Shown piece after piece: positions 30,627 through 40,271 of a stretch of 64,000 nt of DNA. The position numbers and the translations under genes are program-made. This DNA comes from a virus. Below the pieces are notes generated by a model, which was given only the letters and a program-made list of their open reading frames with translations, had not been told where the DNA came from and searched no databases. Position 1 is the first letter of the stretch, and each line of letters begins with the position of its first letter. The stretch spans positions 32,110 to 96,109 of the IMG/VR virus record IMGVR_UViG_3300037054_000079. The stretch is one strand, 5' to 3'.

Positions 30627-31658
30627 ATGGCTGACAATATCGACTTCTCAAACGACCGCGCAAACATCGCCTACCTCGGCTCGCGCAAGGACGTGTGGCA
30701 TCATCACGGTCAAGAGATGCTGGCGGGCCAAGCGACCGCCGAATGGCGCAAACAGGCTGGCCTCGAATTTTCGGCCATCCTCACTCCCGTCTTCACCAAC
30801 TTGAACGGCCCCGACTTCGCGCATATCGCCGCTGATAAACGCATCGTCGAGATCGACAACAAACGCGCTATCGTGCGCAACGACACTGGCGCGGTTCTCG
30901 GCTTCGCCTCTGACGGCTATCAGCCCCACCAACCTTCGGAAGTCCTCGATTGGTTTGACCGTTACATTTCGGTCGATGACCGCTTCCAACTCGACGTTGC
31001 CGGTTCGCTCAAGGGCGGCGCGATCATTTGGGCCACTGCCAAGTTCAACGGCGAACACACTGTCGCTGGCGAAAAGCATACGGCCCGTGTGCTCATGTCC
31101 ACCACGTTCGACGCGACTCGTGCGACCATCAACAAGATGACCGAAACCCGCGTGGTCTGCAATAACACTCTCGACACCGCGCTGGCCGATGGCAACTCTT
31201 GCATCCGTACCACGCACCGCTCGAAGTTCGATGCGGCCCGCGTCGGCAAGGAACTGGCCGTGCTGGCTCAGGGCGTCGCGAACTACAAACAGATCGGCGA
31301 TGCGCTGGCGCAGAACGAGATGGCGAAAGAGGAAGTCGCGCAGTTCTTCAAGACGCTGCTCGACATCCCCTTCGATCAGGCGAAGGAAGATACCTCGACC
31401 CGCAAGCTTAATCAGTTCGCGGCGTTGAACCAAGCCTACCGCACCACGGTCGGCGAGCGGAATGGTCAGGGCGGCGACGCTTGGACCGCTTTGCAGGCGA
31501 TCACCCGCTACGTCGATCATGATCGGTCGGCGCGCGGCGACAACGAGAGTGAGGCCCGGTTCGCCTCTGCTCAGTTCGGCACGGGAAACGTGATGAAGGG
31601 GCGCGGAATGCAACTTCTCCTGCCCCGCATCAAGGACAAAGTATTGATCGCAGCCTAA
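30627..31658 (+). CDS. DUF932 (LGT_TIGR03299-like phage/plasmid) protein
   Basis: VWH..G, AGL, AGSLKGG.IIW, RVVCNNTL, AWTALQAITRYVDH. Confidence 0.9.
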   Translation: MADNIDFSNDRANIAYLGSRKDVWHHHGQEMLAGQATAEWRKQAGLEFSAILTPVFTNLNGPDFAHIAADKRIVEIDNKRAIVRNDTGAVLGFASDGYQPHQPSEVLDWFDRYISVDDRFQLDVAGSLKGGAIIWATAKFNGEHTVAGEKHTARVLMSTTFDATRATINKMTETRVVCNNTLDTALADGNSCIRTTHRSKFDAARVGKELAVLAQGVANYKQIGDALAQNEMAKEEVAQFFKTLLDIPFDQAKEDTSTRKLNQFAALNQAYRTTVGERNGQGGDAWTALQAITRYVDHDRSARGDNESEARFASAQFGTGNVMKGRGMQLLLPRIKDKVLIAA

Positions 31659-31665
31659 ACACAAC

Positions 31666-31697
31666 GGGGGGCCATTGAAAGTGGCCCCCCACTTTTT
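31666..31697 (+). terminator. intrinsic terminator
   Basis: GGGGGGCCA-ttgaaag-TGGCCCCCC-ACTTTTT. Confidence 0.8.
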
Positions 31698-31709
31698 CGG
31701 ATAGAGATC

Positions 31710-32534
31710 ATGTGTCGAGCAGACCGAATTAGTTTCTCAGTGAAAACCGCCCCGCGTATAAAGCGCCGGGACAACTTCACTTGCGTACTCTGCGGGCGGC
31801 GCGGCGTCCCCCTCGATGCCCACCATATTGAACCGTACATTGCTAATCCGTCTCGCTTGCACGATCCGGCTAACTGCGTTTCTCTTTGCGTAGAGACATG
31901 CCACCTGCTCGCGCATGATGGGCACTATAAGCGTATTGATAAAGAGATTGCCGTCAAATTATCCGAGTACACTGCCCGAGTTCATAGTCCGGAAGCTTGG
32001 GCTGAGATTGCAAAGCAAATCATCATTGAGGACGGGATTGCAAAAGAGCGCCAAGCGAACGGCTTTGACCAAGCATGGAAACACTGGCGAGAAAAGGTTG
32101 CGGACCGAAAAGCAAGAGGCTGGCCGGAAGATATGTTAGATGCTCCTATAGGAGCGCGTTGTGTTTCGCGCGGCCACCCCGATAGTGTATCAGCCCGCGC
32201 CGTGGTTGCAGGGGTCAAGCCGCTCACTGCTCTGCGGCGCATGAGAGCCGGTGCGCCGGAGAACGAATGGTACTTATCGGTTGAGGCGTATCGAAACCTG
32301 CACGCAGCGACTCCCGAAGAAAAAGCGGTTGGTGAAGCACGGGCTGATTGGAATGAGATTTATAGAAAGCGCGTCGAGTGGGGATGGTCAAAAGATCGTC
32401 TCTATGATAAGCCGGTAAAGACTCCGCCGCCGAGAAACAATGGTAAGTCGCACTCCGAAGAAACTAAACGGCGAATGTCTGTTTCTTGTATTCGTTTCAA
32501 CGCCGAAAAGGACAAGGTGTTGATCCCGGCGTAA
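31710..32534 (+). CDS. HNH endonuclease with NUMOD3-like motif
   Basis: RDNFTCVLCG...LDAHHI...NCVSLCVETCH; GKSHSEETKRRMS. Confidence 0.85.
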   Translation: MCRADRISFSVKTAPRIKRRDNFTCVLCGRRGVPLDAHHIEPYIANPSRLHDPANCVSLCVETCHLLAHDGHYKRIDKEIAVKLSEYTARVHSPEAWAEIAKQIIIEDGIAKERQANGFDQAWKHWREKVADRKARGWPEDMLDAPIGARCVSRGHPDSVSARAVVAGVKPLTALRRMRAGAPENEWYLSVEAYRNLHAATPEEKAVGEARADWNEIYRKRVEWGWSKDRLYDKPVKTPPPRNNGKSHSEETKRRMSVSCIRFNAEKDKVLIPA

Positions 32535-32539
32535 CAGCT

Positions 32540-32950
32540 ACCGGCGACGGCGGGGTCTACTGGCCCCGCCGATCTCTGGAAACTCGGCGGGGCCTATTCG
32601 CGATCTGGCCCCGCCGAACTTTATTCGCGAACGCGCATAAACTGATTTTATACGCGATAGCGCATAGGTCACGCCGCCTAACCAGCGGCTACTTGATGGT
32701 CACGACATCTAGGATCGAACCGGGAAGGTCCCCGGAAACAACGTGGCTAGGCTTGCAGTGTGGATCGGCCCGCTTGTGGAAAGCGTAACCGGGGCAACGT
32801 GGAGGGGAAGGTTCGAAGCCGACTCCCATGAAGCGACCCCGGCCACTTGACTGCCCCGGCAACCAGTGCTACGCACCGGCATCGCATGGCACTGGCCGCG
32901 AGGCTTAGGACGCGATCTAACGGGACCCCCAAGCCACAAGGGTCCCGGCC
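32540..32950 (+). ncRNA. candidate large structured RNA / hairpin-rich intergenic region
   Basis: At least six stems, no convincing ORF. Confidence 0.4.
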
Positions 32951-33286
32951 TTTGGAGGTCCCCGAATGCCCAAACTCAATCAAGCTCAGTACGCGATTGG
33001 CCGCACCGCTTATGGCGCGGGCGAAGGCGTCGCCTCGATTGCCGCGCGTGCCGATCTGCTCACTGGCCCCGGTCCGGCGCACACCGACGATGAAGACGCG
33101 GTGCCGAGTCTATTCTGCGGCTTCCTCGACGGCCTGCTCGCCGACATCCGCAAGATCGCGGCCTCCATCCCTTGACCCGCGAGCCTCTCGCAGAGATCAA
33201 GTCATGGCCGTGCGCTCTCGGCGCGGCTTGCCATTGCACGTACAGCACGCACTTCAACTGTCCCCATAATGTGAGGCCCACATCCA

Positions 33287-33709
33287 ATGACAACACACCG
33301 CCAAAAAGCAAAAGCGAAACTAAGAAAGCTTCTTAGCGCGCCGTCTGTACTCGAACCCAAGCCGTACTTCGCCACCGACTACAACGAGCGTAAGGGCATC
33401 CCGATTGTCACCGGCCTGCTCGACTACTTTCCGCTCTCCGCGATTGAAGTTGCCAAGGTCAGCGCGGCGGGGAATGCGCAGCACAATCCCGGCGAGGAAC
33501 TGCATTGGGCGCGCGGCAAGTCGATGGATCAGTGCAACACTGCCGTCCGGCACATCATGGAGCGTGGCGGCTGCAAGCGCCTCGGTCTCGACGGCAAGGA
33601 CACGGACGGGACCTATCATCTCGCGAAAGCGATCTGGCGTCTCATGGCGCAGCTTCAACTCGATCTCGAAGAAGAACGCGGTCTCGGACCGTCGCGAGCG
33701 TCAAAGTGA
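33287..33709 (+). CDS. dATP/dGTP diphosphohydrolase (DUF5664-like)
   Basis: YFP.SAIEVAKVS..GN.QHNPG..LHW, RH, D.DG.YHLAKAIWR. Confidence 0.8.
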   Translation: MTTHRQKAKAKLRKLLSAPSVLEPKPYFATDYNERKGIPIVTGLLDYFPLSAIEVAKVSAAGNAQHNPGEELHWARGKSMDQCNTAVRHIMERGGCKRLGLDGKDTDGTYHLAKAIWRLMAQLQLDLEEERGLGPSRASK

Positions 33710-33892
33710 GTGAGTCGGCAAAGCTATCGCCCGAACAGATTGCCGCTTTTCGCGTGCAAGCCGTGACGCGCGAGATCACCAATCGGCAGATCGACGCCGC
33801 CGTCATGACGGGGCTGCCACTCGCAAAGGGGAAGTGGCTGCTCACACCGATGGCCGGGACGACTCGCACAATCTACCGGCACGTGAAATAGC

Positions 33893-34333
33893 ATGGCGCT
33901 AGAAAAAAGTCTGTGGCAGCGCGTGAAGAAGGGCGGCGTCGCGTTGAAGCTACTCGGCCATCGCGTCATGCTGACACGCATCGAGAACATGGTCGATGAA
34001 GGCACGCCCGATGTAGAAGGCGCTATTAACGGGCAGCAGATATGGGCTGAGTTGAAATCATGCGCTCGACCCGCCAAGGCCAAGACTCCAATCCGCCCGA
34101 AGTCACGCCCATCGCAATCGGATTGGCACCGCGAGCGCACCGCCGCCGGGAGCCGCCACCACTATGTGCTGATGCAGGTCGGTGAAGCTAGTCAAGCAAA
34201 ACTTTACCTCATACCCGGACGCGAGTACGATAATATCGTAGCGCCGGAGATTGACCTTGAAATCTTGAGCGTTCTCGGCTATACAACTGAGCCGATGACG
34301 CAAGTGCTTTTACGGGCGGCGGCAGGATGGTAG
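33893..34333 (+). CDS. PD-(D/E)xK nuclease (VRR-NUC/resolvase-like)
   Basis: LEKSLW, GTPDV, WAELK, RPSQSDWH. Confidence 0.8.
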   Translation: MALEKSLWQRVKKGGVALKLLGHRVMLTRIENMVDEGTPDVEGAINGQQIWAELKSCARPAKAKTPIRPKSRPSQSDWHRERTAAGSRHHYVLMQVGEASQAKLYLIPGREYDNIVAPEIDLEILSVLGYTTEPMTQVLLRAAAGW

Positions 34334-34770
34334 GCATGGCGCGCAAATATAAAACGGTTAAAGAGTACGCCATCAAGCTTCTGCTCCATCCTGTCACCCT
34401 TGACACTGGCCTTGGGACGCGGCATATCGGCTATAGTTACCTGCAAATTCTCAGCAAGATCAGACAGCGTTTTCCTATCGTCATATACGGCGGCCCACAC
34501 AAAGGGAAGCCGCTTCGCATGACGGTCAAGGACTTGCAGAAACTTGCGTGCAGTGTCAATCAGGATGATCCGACTGCGCGGCTACCCGTTCGTCCTCGCC
34601 ACAAGAAGCGTCGCCGGAAGAAAAGAGCTTGAACAAGTATGATCGCTACAATTGCAGTCCGAAAGGGCGGGAACGCCTGCGGCGCTATCGTATGACTACC
34701 AAGTATCTCGAACGCAAACGTGCCTATAGCAAATCGCCGAAGGGCCGTGAAACAAGAAGGAATTACGTCA

Positions 34771-35910
34771 ATGCCGAGCCAACTAAAATCAGACGCCGAG
34801 CGACTCGCCGACGCGGAAAAGCTAATCCGCCAAAAGAACACACGGCTTATACAACTCGAACGCCTCGTCCGAGAGACGACGCAAGTCAATGACAGCGCCG
34901 AGAAGGTGCGGCGGGATATTTTCCAGCTTGAGGAATACTCGCCGGAGCCGCCTAAGTGGCTCAACCGTGAACCGGGCAAAAGCTCGACGGGCATTCCACT
35001 CATTTGTTTGAACGACTGGCATTGGGGCGAGATCGTCGATCCCGATCAAGTCGGCGGCATCAACAAGTTCAATCGGGCCATCGCGCGCAAGCGAGTGCAT
35101 GTGCTGAGCGATACAGTCATCGACCTTTGCTTCAATCACATGACGAACCCGAACTATCCGGGCGCGGTCGTCGCCATTCTAGGCGACATGATAACCGGCA
35201 ACATCCACGAAGACCTGCGTGAGACCAATGACGGGCCGATCATGTGGTCAGTCAACGAGGTCGAGAACCACATCATCGGTCTGCTACTCTCATGGAAAAA
35301 GAAATTCAAACATCTCGCCATCATCTGTGTGCCCGGCAATCACGGGCGCAACACCGTCAAGCCGCGCATCAACAACCGTGTCTATGAAAGCTACGAGTGG
35401 CTGATCTATTGCCACATCGAACAATACTTCCGCAACGATCCGGATGTGAGCGTGTATGTGCCGAACGAGGTCGATGCTCACTTCTCGATCTTCGGGCACC
35501 GCGTCATGGCGACTCACGGCGACACACTCGGCGTCAAGGGCGGTGACGGCCTGATCGGCGCGCTAGGCCCAATCGCACGCGGCGCAATGAAGATCGGCGC
35601 GCAGCAACGCCAGATCGGGCGCGACTTCGACACGCTCGTCATCGGCCACTATCACTTCTACTTGCCACGCGGCGACGGGACGCCCGTGCTGCTCAGCCCG
35701 GCGCTCATGGGCCACAACACTTACGCGCACTTGCAATTGCGCGTGAAGGCGTCTAGGCCATCGCAGGCGCTCGCCTTCATCCATCCGAAGCACGGGTTCA
35801 CCGCGCAGTGGCCGATGTACCTCGACGAGAAGCGGCTCAACCCGAAAACGACCCCATGGTTCGTATGGGGCGGCGCGCGGACCAATCGCGATCTCGGACT
35901 CGACGTGTAA
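34771..35910 (+). CDS. calcineurin-like metallophosphoesterase
   Basis: DWHWG, LGDM, PGNHG, THGD, GHYH. Confidence 0.9.
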   Translation: MPSQLKSDAERLADAEKLIRQKNTRLIQLERLVRETTQVNDSAEKVRRDIFQLEEYSPEPPKWLNREPGKSSTGIPLICLNDWHWGEIVDPDQVGGINKFNRAIARKRVHVLSDTVIDLCFNHMTNPNYPGAVVAILGDMITGNIHEDLRETNDGPIMWSVNEVENHIIGLLLSWKKKFKHLAIICVPGNHGRNTVKPRINNRVYESYEWLIYCHIEQYFRNDPDVSVYVPNEVDAHFSIFGHRVMATHGDTLGVKGGDGLIGALGPIARGAMKIGAQQRQIGRDFDTLVIGHYHFYLPRGDGTPVLLSPALMGHNTYAHLQLRVKASRPSQALAFIHPKHGFTAQWPMYLDEKRLNPKTTPWFVWGGARTNRDLGLDV

Positions 35911-36210
35911 TTCGGAGGAAGACATGAACTTAAAAACGTGCACCCGCGCCGAATGGGACGCGGAGAAGATCGAGGAAAACCGGCGCACGGGCGCGCACGG
36001 ATTTGACCCCGGTATGCCGTGGCACGTCGCCAACTGGCGCGAGCGCATGGGGATAGCTCTATTTTGGGGCATCATGTGGGGCGGCGTATTTCCTGCGATG
36101 TTAATCGGCGGCTTGATGTTCATCGGCCTGATCTTCGATGGGGTAGCCATCACATCCGCCGCGCACGATAGCTGCTTAAAGCGCGCGACGAACGGCTACG
36201 AAATTCGGGC

Positions 36211-36552
36211 GTGCCACTAATGACTCCGATTGTAGGCTCACTCGTTTCGTTCTTCGGGAGCATATCGCTCCCGGACCTCGCCAATGGCGTCTTCGAAGGC
36301 GGTCTCTCGATATTCTTGTTCAAGGGGATATTGAAACTGCGCCATGACCGCAAGGTCCTTGGGTTCTACTGGCCCACGGTCTTGTGGACATCGACGTGGG
36401 GGATTTACAATTTATATTTCTACCCGCATCTCGGCCAGTGGTGCTCGTTCACTGGCGGCCTATTCGTCGTCGCCTTCAATCTGACATGGCTTGCGCACGT
36501 CGCCTATTACGCCAAGCAAGCGCGCGAGCAACAGACGTGTATGCCGGGCTAA
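36211..36552 (+). CDS. small membrane protein, PQ-loop/SemiSWEET-like
   Basis: Three hydrophobic helices; K...G, WG..N pattern. Confidence 0.45.
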   Translation: MPLMTPIVGSLVSFFGSISLPDLANGVFEGGLSIFLFKGILKLRHDRKVLGFYWPTVLWTSTWGIYNLYFYPHLGQWCSFTGGLFVVAFNLTWLAHVAYYAKQAREQQTCMPG

Positions 36553-36583
36553 AAGAAAACGCGGAGACCTTGCGGTCCCCGCG
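36551..36583 (-). terminator. intrinsic terminator ending the late arm at the convergence point
   Basis: Minus strand CGCGGGGACC-GCAA-GGTCTCCGCG-TTTTCTTTT. Confidence 0.85.
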
Positions 36584-36643
36584 CTCTCCCTTCGGTTCGG
36601 GTGGTGGGCCTTGGACGGCCTCCTGCCTCCCTCCCCAAATCAT

Positions 36644-37030
36644 TTACGCCGTAAGCGGGGTGCCGGACGCACCGGGATCGGCACCGGACGCACCGGACGC
36701 GCCGGGTACACCGGACGCTCCCGTAGCCGCGTCGGCGACCGCCGCAGTGGCAGGCGCTAGAGCGGTGCGAGCCGCCGCGACGCCGGTCGCCAGCTTGGCG
36801 ACCTGTGCCTCAATCGCCGCCGTGTTGTCGGGCGCGATGTTCGCCAGTGCGGCGACATCCGTTTCCAACTGCGTGACGATGGTTCCGATTTCGGCGAGCG
36901 CGTCAGTGACCCCCGCCGTGAGGTCCGCAACTGCATCTACCATAGCCATGTTCCCTTCTTGAATGACGACTCGAAGACGATCCGCGAGCCGTTCTGCGAT
37001 CTTGTCGATGTCTCTATCGTGCAAGAACAT
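36644..37030 (-). CDS. Ala-rich coiled-coil protein with GASG repeats
   Basis: ORF with SD; low-complexity tail. Confidence 0.65.
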   Translation of the reverse strand: MFLHDRDIDKIAERLADRLRVVIQEGNMAMVDAVADLTAGVTDALAEIGTIVTQLETDVAALANIAPDNTAAIEAQVAKLATGVAAARTALAPATAAVADAATGASGVPGASGASGADPGASGTPLTA

Positions 37031-37104
37031 TGGATTTCCTCTCGGTGATGCGAGTTTATAGCACGAGCGCATTGTGCGTCCAACCGTCTTTTTGAAAATG
37101 TTTT

Positions 37105-37944
37105 TTAGCGGGTTGGTCGGCTGCCTTTGCGCATATTATCAACGCTCCACAGCGGTTGGTAATTTGTGAAGTGACATGCTTGCAGAAATTGTGCGCGATC
37201 AGTCAGATCAAATTTTGCGAGTGGAATTATGTGATCGAGATGCCACCCGTCGATTGCCCAATTATCCCACGTCATGTCAGGCTGCCATTGTGCCTCAATG
37301 TAAAGTTTGAACTCCCCTACCGGGCAACCAAGATCGCGGACAGCGGAACCGCCCCGCTGGCCATTTCTGATGATTTTATGGACACGCTGGCGAAGACGAG
37401 TGGCGATCCTGCGGTGTGCGCCTCGATCTAAATGAGTAAACCGCCAAGTACCGTAGAAAGTTCTATAGACCGGCTTTTCCTTGCCCTTAGCGCGCGCCTT
37501 CCGGCACGCCAATGCGTATGCTTTTCTGCAAGCGGCGGTGTTTAATTTCTTTTTATCCTTGCGCTCTCGCTCAGGATCACTCATAGCGTGCTGCAACCGC
37601 CATGCTTTCGCTTTTTCTTTTGCCTTTGCTTTCCGAGCACGCAGTCGCGCTTTTCGTCTCCACGGCTTCTCAGCCATAGCGAAGTATGCTTGTCGCGCGG
37701 CCCGCCGCGCCCCGACCACAGGCATTGACCGTCGCGCTTTCCGTCGCGTAGACCCGAGTACCTTAGCCCGTGCCTTGGCCTGCTCTGGCGTTAGCTTGAT
37801 GCCAGCCTCAATGAGATCATCATGGATTACTCCACCACTGGACGCTATTCGTGTCGCAATTTTGCGACCACGATTTTGAACTTGGGCTAGTCGCAGATTA
37901 TAGGGGTCAATGGGATCGCGGATCATATAGCTTGAATAGCACAC
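37105..37944 (-). CDS. HNH-type endonuclease
   Basis: LGC, MTWDNW, WHLDHIIPL, CHFTNYQPLW..DNMRKG. Confidence 0.85.
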   Translation of the reverse strand: MCYSSYMIRDPIDPYNLRLAQVQNRGRKIATRIASSGGVIHDDLIEAGIKLTPEQAKARAKVLGSTRRKARRSMPVVGARRAARQAYFAMAEKPWRRKARLRARKAKAKEKAKAWRLQHAMSDPERERKDKKKLNTAACRKAYALACRKARAKGKEKPVYRTFYGTWRFTHLDRGAHRRIATRLRQRVHKIIRNGQRGGSAVRDLGCPVGEFKLYIEAQWQPDMTWDNWAIDGWHLDHIIPLAKFDLTDRAQFLQACHFTNYQPLWSVDNMRKGSRPTR

Positions 37945-37974
37945 TAGCGTCGCCGAGTCTACAGTGAACCGTTT

Positions 37975-38220
37975 TCAGTGGAGAGTATCGTAGTGATCTG
38001 CAAAGTAAAATTCTTTTCCGCCGAGTCCGTGCATCACCGTGACCGAATGAAGGGGACCGTCGAGCTTCGTCTGCCAGAACAAAATGAACTTGCGCAGGCG
38101 CGGGAACACGGGCGCGGTGTCCATGTCTTGCCAAATATATTCTTGGAGAAGCCACAGGTGATCGGGCCGACGATAGCGGATCAAGGCTGTGGTGAGATCA
38201 CTTTTCAGCAACGGGGGCAT
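37975..38220 (-). CDS. usg: Usg-family protein
   Basis: LTTA.I.YRRPDH..LLQEYIWQD.D.AP.FPRL.KF..FW...LDGPLHSVTV. Confidence 0.85.
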   Translation of the reverse strand: MPPLLKSDLTTALIRYRRPDHLWLLQEYIWQDMDTAPVFPRLRKFILFWQTKLDGPLHSVTVMHGLGGKEFYFADHYDTLH

Positions 38221-38710
38221 TTTCGCCGCCTCCCCTTATCGTCGCGACAACAAACGGTGCTGTGTAGCTGTAGTGGAAGCGCCACACTGCCCATTGCAGG
38301 CCGTTGCACCACCGCTGGATATCCGAATGATAGGTCGCCGGGCCTCCCGCTATCCCGAATGGGATGGTGAACTGTTTCACAAACTGTCGTGAAGTCTTCT
38401 CTAATAAAGCAGGATAGATAGTTGGCTCCGGAGCGAAGGTAAAGACGCGCCCTGACGAGTCCTCTACCCACCGATGTACGTTGCCCTCGCAGGCGCGGAG
38501 TTCGCGAGCTTGGAAGATTATATAGGACGCCTCGCCCGGTCGCACAGGCGACGGCGTGATAGTCAAGCTGGATATATCTAAGGGTTCGCGGCGGTCGCAT
38601 ATCATGATAGTCGCGACCCCGAGCAAAGTCGCAAGAATGGGCGGCAGTGCCCGTGCGACTATGACCTGATACATCGCAAACATGCGATCTAGTTCTTGGC
38701 GGATAGGCAT
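38198..38710 (-). CDS. membrane-anchored protein, paralog of 38934..39413
   Basis: TM then DR, VHRWVEDSSG, FTIPFGIAGGPATYHSD. Confidence 0.7.
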   Translation of the reverse strand: MPIRQELDRMFAMYQVIVARALPPILATLLGVATIMICDRREPLDISSLTITPSPVRPGEASYIIFQARELRACEGNVHRWVEDSSGRVFTFAPEPTIYPALLEKTSRQFVKQFTIPFGIAGGPATYHSDIQRWCNGLQWAVWRFHYSYTAPFVVATIRGGGENAPVAEK

Positions 38711-38933
38711 TTTAAGACCTCCCCCTGTTTATTAGAAGGAAAAGATCGGGCGAAGGTCTCAGGTGTGCTCGCGGATTTTGAGAACGCATCAACGATACCC
38801 CGGCAGAACGGTTTGGTATTTCGCTCGCGCGGGATTTGACGGTGATGGTGGTGAGACGGCGAGCAAAAGAATAAAAAGCACCGCGCCTCGGCGCTAGACG
38901 GCGAGAGCAAGAACGCCGCCAACATGAGGACAG

Positions 38934-39413
38934 CTATTTTATTTTGCATCTTCCATCTATCGGACGACGAACGTCAAAGGAGTAGGAGTAAAGGTTCTTC
39001 GTGGGAAAGGCCCATTGCACATAATTCCACTTCTTGTAGAGTTCGGCGTCAGAATAATACTTCGCGGGGCCGGGACTCATGCCATACGGGATCGGGAACT
39101 CCTTGATGATCTCTTGTTCAACGTTGAGCTTCTTGATTTGATCGTTCACAACAGGGGAGTCCGAGAGGTAGAAGATAACTCCCGCGCTATCAATTAGGCT
39201 TCGATGAACAACGCCGCCGTATTCAGAGTGTTTGATTTGCCCGTAATGAAAGGTCACAATCTGCCCGACATCAACAACTGGCGGAATGACCTTGCCCCAT
39301 ACCATTGTGCTTGGTGATGCGCGATCAATCGCCATGATGGCAGTGACGCCGAGAAACAGTGCGAAAGATGCTGGCACGACATGGGAATAAAAGATTGCCA
39401 TTGCCCTGTTCAT
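38934..39413 (-). CDS. membrane-anchored protein, paralog of 38198..38710
   Basis: TM then DR, VHRSLIDSAG, FPIPYGMSPGPAKYYSD. Confidence 0.7.
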   Translation of the reverse strand: MNRAMAIFYSHVVPASFALFLGVTAIMAIDRASPSTMVWGKVIPPVVDVGQIVTFHYGQIKHSEYGGVVHRSLIDSAGVIFYLSDSPVVNDQIKKLNVEQEIIKEFPIPYGMSPGPAKYYSDAELYKKWNYVQWAFPTKNLYSYSFDVRRPIDGRCKIK

Positions 39414-39641
39414 TTGGGAGTTCCCGGTCCTGTGAGCATGTGAATAATCGTCCATACAGTTAGCATGGCTGTTGGCAAGCCAATGAGCCACACGCCCCAA
39501 AGGCGCACTAAGTTGTGCCAATGTATGCGGCGCTCGAACCACCGGAGAACTCGGCGCGTGATGCGCCGCTCCTGCGGATCGAGTGGCCCCGTAGATAGCT
39601 CGTCGTCCGGGTCCCATGCCATTCCCCTACCCCTAATGTTT

Positions 39642-39887
39642 CTACTTGTATTGAGGACACCCGAGATTGACGCCGACTTGATTACGCTGCTTCAAATCCA
39701 TAGCGAGAAGCGCGGCGGCGAACCGTTTTGACATCGGGGACTTCAACGTGGATGTGTACTTGATTGGCCCAATCAGCGCCCGGCAGATCGGCGCGATGGA
39801 TGACGGCGGTAGTTGTGACTTGAGATCGCAACCCGCAAGCAAGAGCGTGGCGCTGGCGACGGCGAAAATTACGATTTCTCTGCGCAT
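39642..39887 (-). CDS. lipoprotein, putative o-spanin
   Basis: Lipobox LLAG-C; position downstream of endolysin. Confidence 0.65.
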   Translation of the reverse strand: MRREIVIFAVASATLLLAGCDLKSQLPPSSIAPICRALIGPIKYTSTLKSPMSKRFAAALLAMDLKQRNQVGVNLGCPQYK

Positions 39888-39889
39888 GT

Positions 39890-40270
39890 TTAATTCTCCG
39901 GATTATCCCATGGGTCCTTGGCGGCGCGAGCCGCCGGAGTTTTGGTCTTAGCGACTGCCTTGTCGGTGACGTTCTCAATCACGACCGTCTTTGCTACGCA
40001 CTCTTTGCGGGCATCAACCGCGCCGACGTATTCGGAGACGAGAATAACGCCCGCGATGAACGCCACCCACAGCAAGTCTTTGCGCAGCGGCTTGAAGAAA
40101 GCGGCGAGAGCCGGGCCGACCGCAGGGATGCCCGCGAGCAACTGACTGCCGACTGCGAGGAAGATGCTGGCGGCAATGACACCGTACAGGATGCCCTTGT
40201 GCCAGATACTCGACCACGCGCCCGCGAAGAAAAGCTGCGCCGAAGTCATTAGATGGTCGATGGCCCACAT
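39890..40270 (-). CDS. membrane protein, putative i-spanin
   Basis: TM helices plus periplasmic helix; precedes lipoprotein. Confidence 0.55.
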   Translation of the reverse strand: MWAIDHLMTSAQLFFAGAWSSIWHKGILYGVIAASIFLAVGSQLLAGIPAVGPALAAFFKPLRKDLLWVAFIAGVILVSEYVGAVDARKECVAKTVVIENVTDKAVAKTKTPAARAAKDPWDNPEN

Positions 40271-40271
40271 C

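Noticed and set aside
30648-31664. Long antisense ORFs such as 30648..31664 (-) and 50776..51879 (+)
   Set aside because: Shadow frames of well-supported genes in GC-rich DNA, with no motifs
32700-32950. RNase P RNA or tmRNA identity for the structured region
   Set aside because: Only a loose GGAAGGTCC resemblance; conserved P4 partner and tRNA-like ends not found
34629-34892. Basic SPKGRE-repeat ORF as another homing endonuclease
   Set aside because: No nuclease motif and it overlaps the metallophosphoesterase start; at most a remnant
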